A DNA stretch of 23,598 bases from NCBI GenBank assembly GCA_040289575.1, contig PSLL01000010.1, positions 27,298-50,895 of the forward strand. The letters run 5' to 3'. This document shows positions 1 through 8,830 of this stretch, one piece after another; positions within the stretch are counted from its first letter, which is position 1; each line of letters opens with the position of its first letter. The translations under genes were made by a program, and so were the position numbers. This DNA comes from Candidatus Dadabacteria bacterium. GTDB lineage: Bacteria; Desulfobacterota_D; UBA1144; Nemesobacterales; CSP1-2. The notes under the pieces were generated by a model, which made no database searches, was not told the DNA's origin, and saw nothing but the letters and a program-made list of their open reading frames with translations.

Positions 1-60
1 GGATTCTGGTTTTCCTGCAAGGGTATTTGCGATTTTACCGTGACTATTCAAAAACTCATC

Positions 61-249
61 TTAAATTTGCTGTGTTGTAATCTGTATGAGTTTCACCCTT
101 TCCCCTGTGACCTCGTCGACAGTCAGCACATTGCCGATGCCAGAGGCATAGAACTTGTGTTCAAGGGCGTCGGGTTCCAAGGGCGTAGTCTCTTTGGTTT
201 TTAGGCAATTGCTAAAGCTACCGAAGGGAACAGTGACAGATTCACTTAG
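61..249 (-). pseudogene. Start-less C-terminal fragment of a conserved hypothetical protein
   Basis: Not in the ORF track. The minus-strand frame reads LSESVTVPFGSFSNCLKTKETTPLEPDALEHKFYASGIGNVLTVDEVTGERVKLIQITTQQI*. The VTVPxGxF...TPLEP...EHKxYAxGxG pattern is one I recall from the C-terminus of a hypothetical protein family. An in-frame TAG lies about 8 codons upstream, with no ATG/GTG/TTG between it and the start of the fragment. Confidence 0.6.
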
Positions 250-297
250 ATAGTAACTCCTTGTGTGTTTCTAATCCCAAGGCTAAAATAGATATGT

Positions 298-519
298 ATG
301 GAGTCATTTGAAGGTGCCCTCAGTGAGATTAGGGCTATTATCGAAAAACTAGAGGGGGGGAATCTCTCTCTGGAGGAATCACTGATTGTTTTTGAAAGGG
401 GGATCGAGCTTATAAACTTTTGTCATAGGAAGCTTGGCGAGGTTCAAAAAAGGGTAGAAATTCTCATAGAAGGCGCAGATGGAGAGATTTTAAATAAGGG
501 ATTCGACTTGGAAGATTAG
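298..519 (+). CDS. xseB: Exodeoxyribonuclease VII small subunit
   Basis: 73 aa with SFEGALSEI..IIEKLEGGNLSLEESL..FERG..L...C...L pattern; directly upstream of ispA as is usual. Confidence 0.95.
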   Translation: MESFEGALSEIRAIIEKLEGGNLSLEESLIVFERGIELINFCHRKLGEVQKRVEILIEGADGEILNKGFDLED

Positions 520-523
520 CTTA

Positions 524-1417
524 ATGGGATTCGATATAGAACTCTATCTTTCTATAAGAAAAGGTATGGTGGATAAGAAGCTGGTTGAGCTTCTCCCAAA
601 TCCCACTGAGCCTATGAGCAGATTGGAGGAGGCCATGCGCTACAGCATACTTGCCGGTGGTAAAAGGCTAAGACCTATCCTTTGCATAGCTGCCTCTGAA
701 GCGGTTGGAGGAACGATTGAGAGTGTGATTCCTATAGCGTGCGCAATTGAGATGATCCATACATACTCCCTAATACATGATGACCTTCCCTCAATGGATG
801 ATGATATTCTGAGGCGCGGTATACCGACAAATCACAGCGTTTTTGGGGAGGCAATTGCTATCCTTGCCGGGGATGCCCTGCTTACGGATGCATTTTCATT
901 AATTGCCAATCACGGCATCTCAGGCGATATTGATCCATTTGTAATCATTGAGATTATACAGGATATTTCAAGGGCCGCCGGGTCTCAAGGAATGGTAGGT
1001 GGTCAGGCTCTTGACCTTGCCCTTGAGGGAAAAGAGGTGACACTCGATGTTATTGAGAAGATGGATTCCTTAAAGACTGGGGCATTAATTGAAGCGTCAA
1101 TTATATCCGGCGGGAGGATAGGTGGGGCGAATGAAAATCAAATTTATCATCTCAGACAATATGCAAAGGCAATTGGGCTTGCCTTTCAGGTCATAGACGA
1201 TGTTCTTGACATTGAGGGAGGAACCGAAATAGGAAAGAATACGGGGGCAGACGCCCGCAAAAAGAAGGCGACTTACCCTGGCATAATTGGAGTTGAGAGG
1301 GCTAAGGAAGTGGCAACTGAGCTTATTAAAAGAGCCGTCCTCTCTTTAAAGGACTTTGGCGATAGAGCTGATCCTCTTAGGGAACTGGCTCTTTATATCG
1401 GGGGAAGGAAATATTAA
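524..1417 (+). CDS. ispA: Farnesyl/geranylgeranyl diphosphate synthase (polyprenyl synthetase)
   Basis: GGKRLRP, first Asp-rich motif SLIHDDLPSMDDD..RRG.PT, GQALD, KTGAL, second motif FQVIDDVLD. Confidence 0.95.
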   Translation: MGFDIELYLSIRKGMVDKKLVELLPNPTEPMSRLEEAMRYSILAGGKRLRPILCIAASEAVGGTIESVIPIACAIEMIHTYSLIHDDLPSMDDDILRRGIPTNHSVFGEAIAILAGDALLTDAFSLIANHGISGDIDPFVIIEIIQDISRAAGSQGMVGGQALDLALEGKEVTLDVIEKMDSLKTGALIEASIISGGRIGGANENQIYHLRQYAKAIGLAFQVIDDVLDIEGGTEIGKNTGADARKKKATYPGIIGVERAKEVATELIKRAVLSLKDFGDRADPLRELALYIGGRKY

Positions 1418-2144
1418 AGAGAGAATCGACACGCTCCTAGTAAAAAAGGCTCTTGTTCCTACAAGAGCGCGAGCCCGTTCCCTTATTATGTCTGGTGTTG
1501 TGTTTGTTGACGGCGTGCGAGTGGATAAAGCAGGAACCTTAGTAGAGGAAAATTCAGACATAGAACTCAGGGACACTTCTCTGAAATACGTAAGCCGAGG
1601 AGGAATTAAACTCGAGTCGGCTCTAAGGGAATTTGATATTAATGTTCGTGATAAAGTCGCGTTGGATGTTGGAGCCTCTACAGGCGGATTTACGGATTGC
1701 CTTCTTAAACACGGGGCAAAGAGGGTCTACGCGGTTGATGTCGGATACGGTCAGCTGGATTGGAAACTGAGACAAGACCCAAGGGTGCGAGTTTTAGAGA
1801 GAATAAACGCCAGATATTTAAAAGCCGAGGATATTGGCGAACCGATTGATATTTGCACAATTGATGTCTCTTTTATTTCCCTCACGAAAATTATTCCACC
1901 TGTATCACAAACACTTAAACCAAACGGAGTTCTTATTGCTTTAATAAAGCCTCAGTTCGAGGTGGGAAAGGGTGAAGTAGGAAGAGGTGGAATTGTAGGG
2001 GATGATGGCAAGCATAGAGAGGTAATCAATAAAATCACTTATTTTCTCGAAGGATTAAATTTTAAAATCCTGGGTGTTATTCCTTCCCCAATACTCGGCG
2101 CGGATGGAAATAAGGAATTTCTAGTAGCTGGGATTTGTGTTTAG
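1413..2144 (+). CDS. tlyA: TlyA-family rRNA 2'-O-methyltransferase (S4 domain plus FtsJ-like domain)
   Basis: KERIDTLLV S4 start, YVSRGGIKL, LDVGASTGGFTDCLL, DVSFISL, LIKPQFE, GADGNKEF. Start uncertain: the ORF track uses TTG 1356, but homology begins at ATT 1413. Confidence 0.93.
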   Translation: MKERIDTLLVKKALVPTRARARSLIMSGVVFVDGVRVDKAGTLVEENSDIELRDTSLKYVSRGGIKLESALREFDINVRDKVALDVGASTGGFTDCLLKHGAKRVYAVDVGYGQLDWKLRQDPRVRVLERINARYLKAEDIGEPIDICTIDVSFISLTKIIPPVSQTLKPNGVLIALIKPQFEVGKGEVGRGGIVGDDGKHREVINKITYFLEGLNFKILGVIPSPILGADGNKEFLVAGICV

Positions 2145-2165
2145 ATCCAAAATAGGGAATCGGCA

Positions 2166-2810
2166 TTACTTCTTTCCCCAATCTGAGAGGAACCTTTCAA
2201 GTCCGATGTCTGTTAATGGGTGTTTTAGAAGTTGCTTAAACACCTTGTAAGGCATTGTAGCAATATCGGCTCCGGCTCTTGCAGCTTCTAATACATGTAT
2301 TGGATGGCGGACGCTTGCGACGAGAACCTGTGTAGAATAGCCATAGTTTTTATAAATCCCGACGATGTCTCTTACTATGTCCATACCGACATTTGAAACG
2401 TCATCAAGCCTTCCGATAAATGGGCTTACATATGCGGCTCCGGCCTTTGCGGCAACGAGTGCCTGGGAGGGTGAGAAGATCAAGGTGACGTTAACCTTAA
2501 TTCCCTCTTCCGATACCCTCTTTGTCGCTCTAATGCCGTCTTCTGTAAGAGGCATTTTCACCACCACGTGGTGGTGGATTTGGGCGAGTTCCCTTGCTTC
2601 CTCAATCATTCTCTCTACATCTGTATTTATTACCTCTGCGCTTACAGGTCCCTTTACTATCTCGCATATCTCTCTTATGAGTTCCCTAAATCCCCTCTGC
2701 CAGTTCTCTTTTGATACGAGTGTCGGGTTTGTCGTAACCCCGTCTAAAATACCAAGGCTTGCGGCATCTCTTATTTCATCTATGTTTGCGGTATCGAGAA
2801 AGAACTTCAT
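2166..2810 (-). CDS. tal: Transaldolase, small TalC/MipB (FSA-like) family
   Basis: FLDTA, GVTTNP, VVVKMP Schiff-base Lys. Glu in SAEV and Phe in SPFIGR are the transaldolase-type residues, whereas FSA has Gln/Tyr. Confidence 0.9.
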   Translation of the reverse strand: MKFFLDTANIDEIRDAASLGILDGVTTNPTLVSKENWQRGFRELIREICEIVKGPVSAEVINTDVERMIEEARELAQIHHHVVVKMPLTEDGIRATKRVSEEGIKVNVTLIFSPSQALVAAKAGAAYVSPFIGRLDDVSNVGMDIVRDIVGIYKNYGYSTQVLVASVRHPIHVLEAARAGADIATMPYKVFKQLLKHPLTDIGLERFLSDWGKK

Positions 2811-2890
2811 TGTTTAATCTCCGGTTCTGAAACTAAACTATATCATAACTTGGCGGAGAGATGAAGTGTATCTAGTCGATAAATAATCGG

Positions 2891-2975
2891 GATGCATGAT
2901 TCAAGATGCACGATGCAGGATAAAAGAGAGTATTTACACGTAGTATCATGTATCCTGTATTCTGTATCGTGTTTG
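2891..2975. repeat. Inverted arrays of degenerate heptamers (hairpin-forming)
   Basis: Left arm GATGCAT GATTCAA GATGCAC GATGCAG GATAAAA (2891-2925); right arm TAGTATC ATGTATC CTGTATT CTGTATC GTGTTTG (2941-2975). Confidence 0.7.
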
Positions 2976-2977
2976 AT

Positions 2978-3005
2978 TTGACAAATCTTCTGCTGACAGC
3001 AAACT
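2978..3005 (+). promoter_or_regulatory. Putative sigma70 promoter of rpsT
   Basis: TTGACA at 2978-2983, 16-bp spacer, imperfect -10 CAAACT; AAGGAG RBS before ATG 3041. Confidence 0.4.
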
Positions 3006-3040
3006 ATTTGCTGAACTTAAAACGGTTTAAGGAGTAGGTT

Positions 3041-3331
3041 ATGGCTAAGAGAATTCGTTCTGGTGTAAAAAAGCACCGTCAGAGCCTAAAGAGGAGGGCG
3101 AGGAATATGCATATACGCTCTTTTCTCAAGACGGTTATAAAGGAGTTAAACGCTGCAATAGAGGCTAAAGACATAACAAAATCTCAAGAGGCTTTAAAAT
3201 CTACGGTATCGGCGCTTAGCAGGGCTGCATCAAAAGGGGTAATTAATAAAAGAACCGTTTCCAGAAATGTCGCGAGGCTTTCAAAGAAGGTGCATAATCT
3301 ATCAAAACAAACGGCACAGCCTGTCGTGTGA
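3041..3331 (+). CDS. rpsT: 30S ribosomal protein S20
   Basis: 96 aa basic protein: IRSGVKKHRQSLKRRARN...KT..K...AASKGVI.K....R..ARL; convergent with holA as is typical. Confidence 0.93.
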   Translation: MAKRIRSGVKKHRQSLKRRARNMHIRSFLKTVIKELNAAIEAKDITKSQEALKSTVSALSRAASKGVINKRTVSRNVARLSKKVHNLSKQTAQPVV

Positions 3332-3343
3332 GATCCCCTTTTA

Positions 3344-4339
3344 TTAGCCGCAGAGTTCTAAAATCAGGTTTGTGAGGGCCACGCTTTTAGGAATATATGC
3401 TGTCTTTAACATTCTATCCCCTTCATAGAGGATGCCGATTATACGTTTTATCTCTTCATAGGAGAGGCTCTTTGCTTGCTGCCCAATGTAGTAAAGGGCG
3501 CCCGGAGAGACCTTTAGTTCCTTTGATATCGCATCACGAGAGACGTTTTTATCAATCAGCTCTTTTGCCCTCCAGATTAGTCTGAATCTCCAGCCTATTC
3601 TACTCAGGATGGCAAGCGGTTCCTCATCTGTCGTTTCAAGATCGAGAAGAGCCTTTATTGCCTTTTCCTTATCCCTTGCCGCTATGGCATTTATGAGTCC
3701 AAAGACATCTTCAGATTGTGCCTTCTGAATGAGTTTTTCTACATCTTCAACCTCGATGGTTTTTCCCCTACCTGTAAAGAGGACAAGCCTTTGGAGTTCT
3801 GAGTGTATATCCTGCATATTGTCTCCGACAAGCGAGATGAGGCTCTGCACTGCCTCTTTTGTAATACTGCATCCGAGTTTTTTTACCTCCCGATGGATTG
3901 CTTCAAACACGTCCTTTATATCAAAACGGACGAAAATAACACCCTTCTTATCCAAGGCATTTAACCGGGCGTTATCTTGGGCACCGAATATTAAAACGAG
4001 GCATGTAAATGGAGAGGGGGAGAGGGGATATGATTCCATTAGCTTGAATTCGCCGTCGGGGAGTTTTTCAACGTTTTTTACTATTGCTAGTCTCATCCGT
4101 GAGAGCATGGGATAGGTTTTGGCGGTATCAATTATCTCTTTTGCCGAAGCAGAGTCGCCATAAAAAAGAGAGAGGTTAAAATCCGTTGAGTTGCCAAGGA
4201 CAATTCTCTTTAAATCCGATACGGCTTCGTCCATTAAGTAGGTTTGATTGCCCGTAAATACATAGACCGGACTAATCTCTCCTTCTGAGAGGTTCTTTTG
4301 AAGGTCAATATGGCTAATTTTATTTGTGGAGGTTTTCAT
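3344..4339 (-). CDS. holA: DNA polymerase III subunit delta
   Basis: 331 aa; PVYVFTG, TYPMLS..RLAIVK, ELQRL.LF, VFGLINAI, D..LKT; next to rpsT. Confidence 0.9.
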   Translation of the reverse strand: MKTSTNKISHIDLQKNLSEGEISPVYVFTGNQTYLMDEAVSDLKRIVLGNSTDFNLSLFYGDSASAKEIIDTAKTYPMLSRMRLAIVKNVEKLPDGEFKLMESYPLSPSPFTCLVLIFGAQDNARLNALDKKGVIFVRFDIKDVFEAIHREVKKLGCSITKEAVQSLISLVGDNMQDIHSELQRLVLFTGRGKTIEVEDVEKLIQKAQSEDVFGLINAIAARDKEKAIKALLDLETTDEEPLAILSRIGWRFRLIWRAKELIDKNVSRDAISKELKVSPGALYYIGQQAKSLSYEEIKRIIGILYEGDRMLKTAYIPKSVALTNLILELCG

Positions 4340-4402
4340 TTAATTCTTTAGTCTATCACAGATTGGATGTAGTTTCTGGAAGAGGTTATACTCAACTGAG
4401 TT

Positions 4403-5119
4403 ATGTCCATAACTTCAGAGAATTTAGTTAATTGGATTTACTTAGAACGAGTTGATTATTCTAAAGGGCTCTCTTATCAAATGGAGATTCATAAAAGGGT
4501 TTCTTTGGGTAAATACAAAGGGTTTCTTCTTCTCGTTGAACATAATCCAGTTGTTACGATTGGGAGGTTTGGAGATGAAAGTAACATTCTAATTTCTAAA
4601 GAGGATATGAAGAGACGAGGGGTCGAGATTTGGAGGATTGAGCGTGGGGGCGACGTTACGTTTCACGGCCCTGGCCAGCTTGTCGGCTATCCTATAATCA
4701 ATCTTAGGGATTTTAAGCTCGGGGTTAAATCCTATATCCATCTTCTCGAGGAAACCCTGATTGGGGTTATTGATAGATTTGGCATAAGAGGGGAGAGGAT
4801 TAAAGACCACACGGGGGTTTGGATCGGTAAAGAAAAGATTGCGGCAATAGGTGTATATGTAAAAAACGGGATTACGATGCATGGATTTGCATTGAATGTA
4901 AATACAGACCTCAAATACTTCTCCTTTATAATTCCATGTGGAATCTCAAACATGGGGGTAACTTCAATGAAGGAGATTTTGGGTATGGAAATCCCGCTTG
5001 AAAAAGTGGCTGTAGCCTTCGCTGAGGAATTCGGAGAGAGGTTTCAAACAAATATGATTTTAGCCACAGAGGACGCAGAGATTACGGGTTTTTTTAGTGC
5101 TTCTCCTTGTTCTCTGTAA
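4403..5119 (+). CDS. lipB: Lipoyl(octanoyl) transferase
   Basis: EHNPVVTIGR, RGGDVTFHGPGQLVGYPI, KIAAIG, HGFALNV, IIPCG. Confidence 0.96.
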   Translation: MSITSENLVNWIYLERVDYSKGLSYQMEIHKRVSLGKYKGFLLLVEHNPVVTIGRFGDESNILISKEDMKRRGVEIWRIERGGDVTFHGPGQLVGYPIINLRDFKLGVKSYIHLLEETLIGVIDRFGIRGERIKDHTGVWIGKEKIAAIGVYVKNGITMHGFALNVNTDLKYFSFIIPCGISNMGVTSMKEILGMEIPLEKVAVAFAEEFGERFQTNMILATEDAEITGFFSASPCSL

Positions 5120-5131
5120 AACCCGCGGCTG
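5061..5131. repeat. Degenerate REP-like palindrome overlapping the lipB 3' end, between convergent lipB and ndk
   Basis: TAGCCACAGAGGACGCAGAG (5061-5080) and CTCTGTAAAACCCGCGGCTG (5112-5131) are partly complementary. They resemble the CCACAGAGnACnCAGAG / CTCTGTGnnCTCTGTGG repeat class. Confidence 0.5.
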
Positions 5132-5148
5132 ATAATTAATATTAATCC

Positions 5149-5574
5149 CTATTCAACACGCTCGTGGATTTCCAGTGCATTGAAAAAATACCCTATCTCA
5201 AACAATGCCGATTCAGGCGAATCAGAGCCGTGGACTATATTTCTCTCGATATTTGATGCAAATTCCTTCCTAATGGTTCCCGCTTCGGCTTTTGCTGGGT
5301 CTGTAGCCCCCATGATTTCACGCACCCTTGAGATTGCATCCTCGCCCTCGAGCACCATTACAACGCACGGACCCGAAGACATAAAATCTGTGAGGCTTGA
5401 GAAAAAAGGCCTTTCTCTGTGAACGGCGTAAAATCCCTGTGCCTCCGCCTTTGATAGTCTCACCATTTTAAGGGCTATTACCCTGAGCCTGCTCTTTTCA
5501 AATCTCCTTATTACCTCTCCTATGAGATTTTTACTGACTCCGTCGGGCTTTATGATTGAGAGTGTTCTTTCCAA
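5149..5574 (-). CDS. ndk: Nucleoside diphosphate kinase
   Basis: [22 protein letters not shown], catalytic [11 protein letters not shown] start with GGAGG RBS. Confidence 0.97.
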   Translation of the reverse strand: MERTLSIIKPDGVSKNLIGEVIRRFEKSRLRVIALKMVRLSKAEAQGFYAVHRERPFFSSLTDFMSSGPCVVMVLEGEDAISRVREIMGATDPAKAEAGTIRKEFASNIERNIVHGSDSPESALFEIGYFFNALEIHERVE

Positions 5575-5695
5575 TTTAATTGACCTCCAAATATATATTT
5601 GTCTAACTCGTCTTGAGGGAAAAGACTAACCCAGAAGCGGGCTTATAATTATAAGAAATCCTGAGAAAATTAGAAGAGCTAATATCTTCGACATA

Positions 5696-7108
5696 TTATG
5701 AATCCTGACCCTGCTCTGATCCTCTGGAGGCGGCTTTTGAAAAGCCTATGAGAAACGCAAAATACAGGGCATTTGATGGGACGTGCAGATTAAAGTCGGC
5801 AAGGCTGTGGATGAGCAGGGATACGATTCCCGACAGGGTCCCAAGAGACAGGAAGAATCTGAGGTGTTTTCCTTCATGAGATAGCTGGCCGAGTGTTTTC
5901 AGCAAGGAAAATATAAATAGACAAAGCACAATGAGAATTGAGAGAAATCCCAAGAGGCCAGTCTCAACTATAAGCTGAAGGTAGTCGTTGTGTGCGTGTA
6001 TGTATACAAGGGCCTGCTCCATGTATCTTTTGTATAGCGGATAGACGTAGCCGAATGTTCCAAGGCCGGTTCCAAAAATAGGAAAGTCTCTTATGGTCGC
6101 TAGCGAATCTTTCCACACAAGAGTTCTTCCTGGAGCGTCTGATTCAATTTGAAGGAATCTTTCAAATACGGAATGAAGCCCTATCCAGAGCCCGTAAATG
6201 AGAGCAACGGCTAGGACAAAAAGAATCATCATCGCCTTCTCTGTCCTATCCCTTTTAAAGCTGTGATAAGTCAGGTAGAAGAAAAGGAGGGATAGAAGAG
6301 CACTGAATATACCCATCCTTGATTGCGAAAGAAACAAGGCAAGGAGCGATATACCCAGAAGAAAGAGGAGCAAAATCTGTTTTTGAAATCTATCCGATGA
6401 AACCAGATTCTTAAAAAATGACCTATGCCTTCCGTGTCGCCTGCCCAGAAACAGCGCGTAGCCTAGAACAAGGGGAAGAGACATTTCAAGAAACCCCGCA
6501 AAATGATTTCGGTTGAGAAATGTTCCCCTGCCCGATCCCAGCCCCGCTGCTGCAGCGGTATTGATTGTAGTTATATATTGGTATATCCCATAAGCAGCTT
6601 CAATGAGAGATACTGTAAATACCGGAATGAGGAGAAACTTTATTTGGTTCTCTTTCCTAAACCTTCTTGATACGACAAATCCAAATGCGATATACGAGAA
6701 TAAAAGCAGTGTTTCTCTCCATGTGCCGTGTGGATAAAGGCTTATTGTGAATGCGCTATTTTCTCTGTTGAATCCGATGATTGAGAGAACCGATTGGTTC
6801 TTTTCCCAGATCTCTAGACTCTTTCCAGACACGATTCCTAGAATGGACTCTGGAAGCGGGATGATCTGAAATAAACATATAGATAAAAATACGAGAAGCG
6901 GCAGGCTCTTTGTGTTCAGTTTAATCTCCCTTTCCTCAGCGAGGGAATACAAGAGCCAGAAGAAGAGGAGTAGAAGGCATTGGATTTGGACTAGGAACAA
7001 TGCTAAGGGGCTTGGACTCCCGCTTCTTATAAGGAAAGGTGAGAAAAAGAGGAGAGAAAAGGTAAAAAAATAGATCAACTTATCCAGTATGGCACGGGCT
7101 ATAGTCAT
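5696..7108 (-). CDS. O-antigen ligase family (Wzy_C / WaaL-like) membrane protein
   Basis: 470 aa, many TM segments; GTFLNRNHFAGFL, SQSRMG, R...W..S....D.PIFGTGLGTF, HAHNDYLQ...ETGLLG, HSLADFNLH. Confidence 0.9.
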   Translation of the reverse strand: MTIARAILDKLIYFFTFSLLFFSPFLIRSGSPSPLALFLVQIQCLLLLFFWLLYSLAEEREIKLNTKSLPLLVFLSICLFQIIPLPESILGIVSGKSLEIWEKNQSVLSIIGFNRENSAFTISLYPHGTWRETLLLFSYIAFGFVVSRRFRKENQIKFLLIPVFTVSLIEAAYGIYQYITTINTAAAAGLGSGRGTFLNRNHFAGFLEMSLPLVLGYALFLGRRHGRHRSFFKNLVSSDRFQKQILLLFLLGISLLALFLSQSRMGIFSALLSLLFFYLTYHSFKRDRTEKAMMILFVLAVALIYGLWIGLHSVFERFLQIESDAPGRTLVWKDSLATIRDFPIFGTGLGTFGYVYPLYKRYMEQALVYIHAHNDYLQLIVETGLLGFLSILIVLCLFIFSLLKTLGQLSHEGKHLRFFLSLGTLSGIVSLLIHSLADFNLHVPSNALYFAFLIGFSKAASRGSEQGQDS

Positions 7109-7144
7109 GTTTGCATTATGATAACATAACGTAGATTTAATGTA

Positions 7145-7746
7145 ATGGTATTGCTCAGTTGCAAGGATAAATCAAGCAAATTAATCTATCGGAAAAAGAG
7201 GTTAAGTAGGAATTTAAAGAGTGATAAATGGGATGAGCAGAAACTACAGAAGCAGTATCTAGCCCTCTATGGAAAGGTTAAATTAGGATACTGTGATAGG
7301 ATGCGACATAGGGGATTTACAGAAAAAATACGGGGTCGTGCTTTCCAATATTTGGCTCAAGTACATGATTGGAGTGAGGAAAAGATTGGCCTAGGGTACT
7401 GGTTAATTGAGGTTTGTGCCTTGTACAAAAATGGAAGCAAAAACCCTTTGGTGCAATTCCAATTTGGATAGGAGGGGTTAAAAAAGCCTGTTGCGTTAGT
7501 GGTTGTCAGGGGTTTTGGGAAAGAACAGATGCTTCTTTTGACAAATTTAAAGACAGACAAGACAGATCAGATAGTTGTCGATGTTAGGATTTGCTTTTCT
7601 TTTCCTACTGGGAAAGGGTTCCAAGAGGTTCTTAAAATTTACTGCTTGAATTGATCGAAGTTTTCGACCATTATGACCCAGGTTTCATTTACTATCATCT
7701 GGGTAGGGCTATTGCTAAGGTCTTTGCTAATTCTGGGTAAAGTCCA
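7145..7746 (+). mobile_element. Decayed DDE (IS4-like) transposase remnant
   Basis: Transposase-like blocks RLSRNL, LAQVHD.SEEKIGLGYW, then past an in-frame TAG (7469-7471) LVVVRGFGKEQMLLLTNL, and finally PGFIYYHLGRAIAKVF. About 600 bp, far shorter than an intact IS. Ends in CTGGGTAAAGTCCA, a possible right terminal repeat; no left end found. Confidence 0.7.
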
Positions 7747-7759
7747 TTAATACATTTCA

Positions 7760-7787
7760 TTGAGATATTATTCTTTTGTGATATAAT
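7760..7787 (+). promoter_or_regulatory. Putative sigma70 promoter (extended -10) upstream of the zf-UBP gene
   Basis: TTGAGA (7760-7765), 16 bp, TATAAT (7782-7787) preceded by TGn. Confidence 0.55.
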
Positions 7788-7937
7788 GGAGATAAAATAT
7801 CATAGTGCTCATGATCATGGGCTTCATAGCTTAGGGACGAAAGAATCGCATGCTGGGTCTGCTTGAGCGTTAAAACAAAAAGTATTACTTCTCTCATAGA
7901 ACGCCACTAATCGGGCAGCAAGTATCTGGAGGATTTC

Positions 7938-8204
7938 ATGGCAACGCGATGTGCTCACTTCAGTCAGATAGGAGAAGTCACACCAAGCGCCGATGGTTGC
8001 GAGGAATGCCTCAAGATGGGCGACACGTGGGTACACCTGCGCCTCTGTGAAACCTGTGGCCATGTCGGCTGCTGCGACAGCTCGAAGAACAGGCATGCGA
8101 CCAAACATTTTCATAAAACCAATCACCCGATCATTAAATCCTTTGAGCCAGGCGAGGAGTGGGGCTGGTGCTATATTGACCGGATTTTTTTCGAGCGCCT
8201 CTAG
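7938..8204 (+). CDS. UBP-type zinc finger domain protein
   Basis: C.H...GCEECL..G..WVHLRLC..CGHVGCCDSS..RHATKHF....HP...S.EPGE.W.WCY.D; GGAGG RBS. Confidence 0.93.
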   Translation: MATRCAHFSQIGEVTPSADGCEECLKMGDTWVHLRLCETCGHVGCCDSSKNRHATKHFHKTNHPIIKSFEPGEEWGWCYIDRIFFERL

Positions 8205-8225
8205 ATGAATTGAGGAGAGATACCT

Positions 8226-8788
8226 ATGACTACTGAGTTATGGCCAGTGTTGCCCCTGGAAGGGTGGAAAGACACCTATGCGACGCTTCATATGTGGACT
8301 CAGATCGTCGGAAAGATTCGGCTCGCACAGACGCCATGGGTCAATCACTCGTGGCATGTGACGCTTATTCCGTATGGCATGAGGACATTCCAGATTGACT
8401 TTGATTTCATTGACTATCGGCTCATAATCCAGACAAGCGATGGCGCGGTGCAAACAATTGTGCTTCGACCAATTTCCGTTGCTGATTTTTACGGTGAGGT
8501 CATGATGGCGTTGCGGGATTTAGATCTCGGTGTGAGCATTCATACAAGGCCGAATGAGGTGACAGAGCCAATTCCAAAGGAGTTTCGCTCGCGATTCATA
8601 GGCAAGTGCAGCCCTGTGCATTTTTTCTGGAGCGGCTTTGATCTTGCAGTCACACGCTTCTCAGGTCGTCCGGCGCCAGAGCATCCGGGTGGTGTGCCGA
8701 ACCTGCCGGATTCCGTAACGCGCGAGGCATACTCTCATACTGTGGAAACTGGAACAGGGCCGCATTGGAGCGAAAAACAGTAAGTTAA
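8226..8788 (+). pseudogene. DUF5996 (Ava_C0101-like) family gene with internal deletions and a frameshifted tail
   Basis: WKDTYATLHMWTQIVGKIRL...PWVNHSWHVTL, SPVHFFWSGFDLAVTRFSGR, TREAYSH. The ORF is 185 aa versus about 300 aa as I recall for the family. The family-like C-terminus GNWNRAALER lies in another frame just after REAYSH. Confidence 0.8.
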
Positions 8789-8830
8789 TTCTATTACACG
8801 AGGCTGTTTTGGTTTTACCTTTGGGTATGG

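Noticed and set aside
2891..2975. CRISPR array
   Set aside because: Units are 7 bp with no unique spacers, and no cas genes are present.
5642..5655. Perfect 14-bp palindrome CTTATAATTATAAG upstream of ndk
   Set aside because: It is low-complexity AT sequence and may simply contain the ndk -10 box; there is no second copy to support an operator.
7469..7471. Programmed TAG readthrough (pyrrolysine) in the transposase-like frame
   Set aside because: The surrounding deletions and frame disruptions point to ordinary pseudogene decay.
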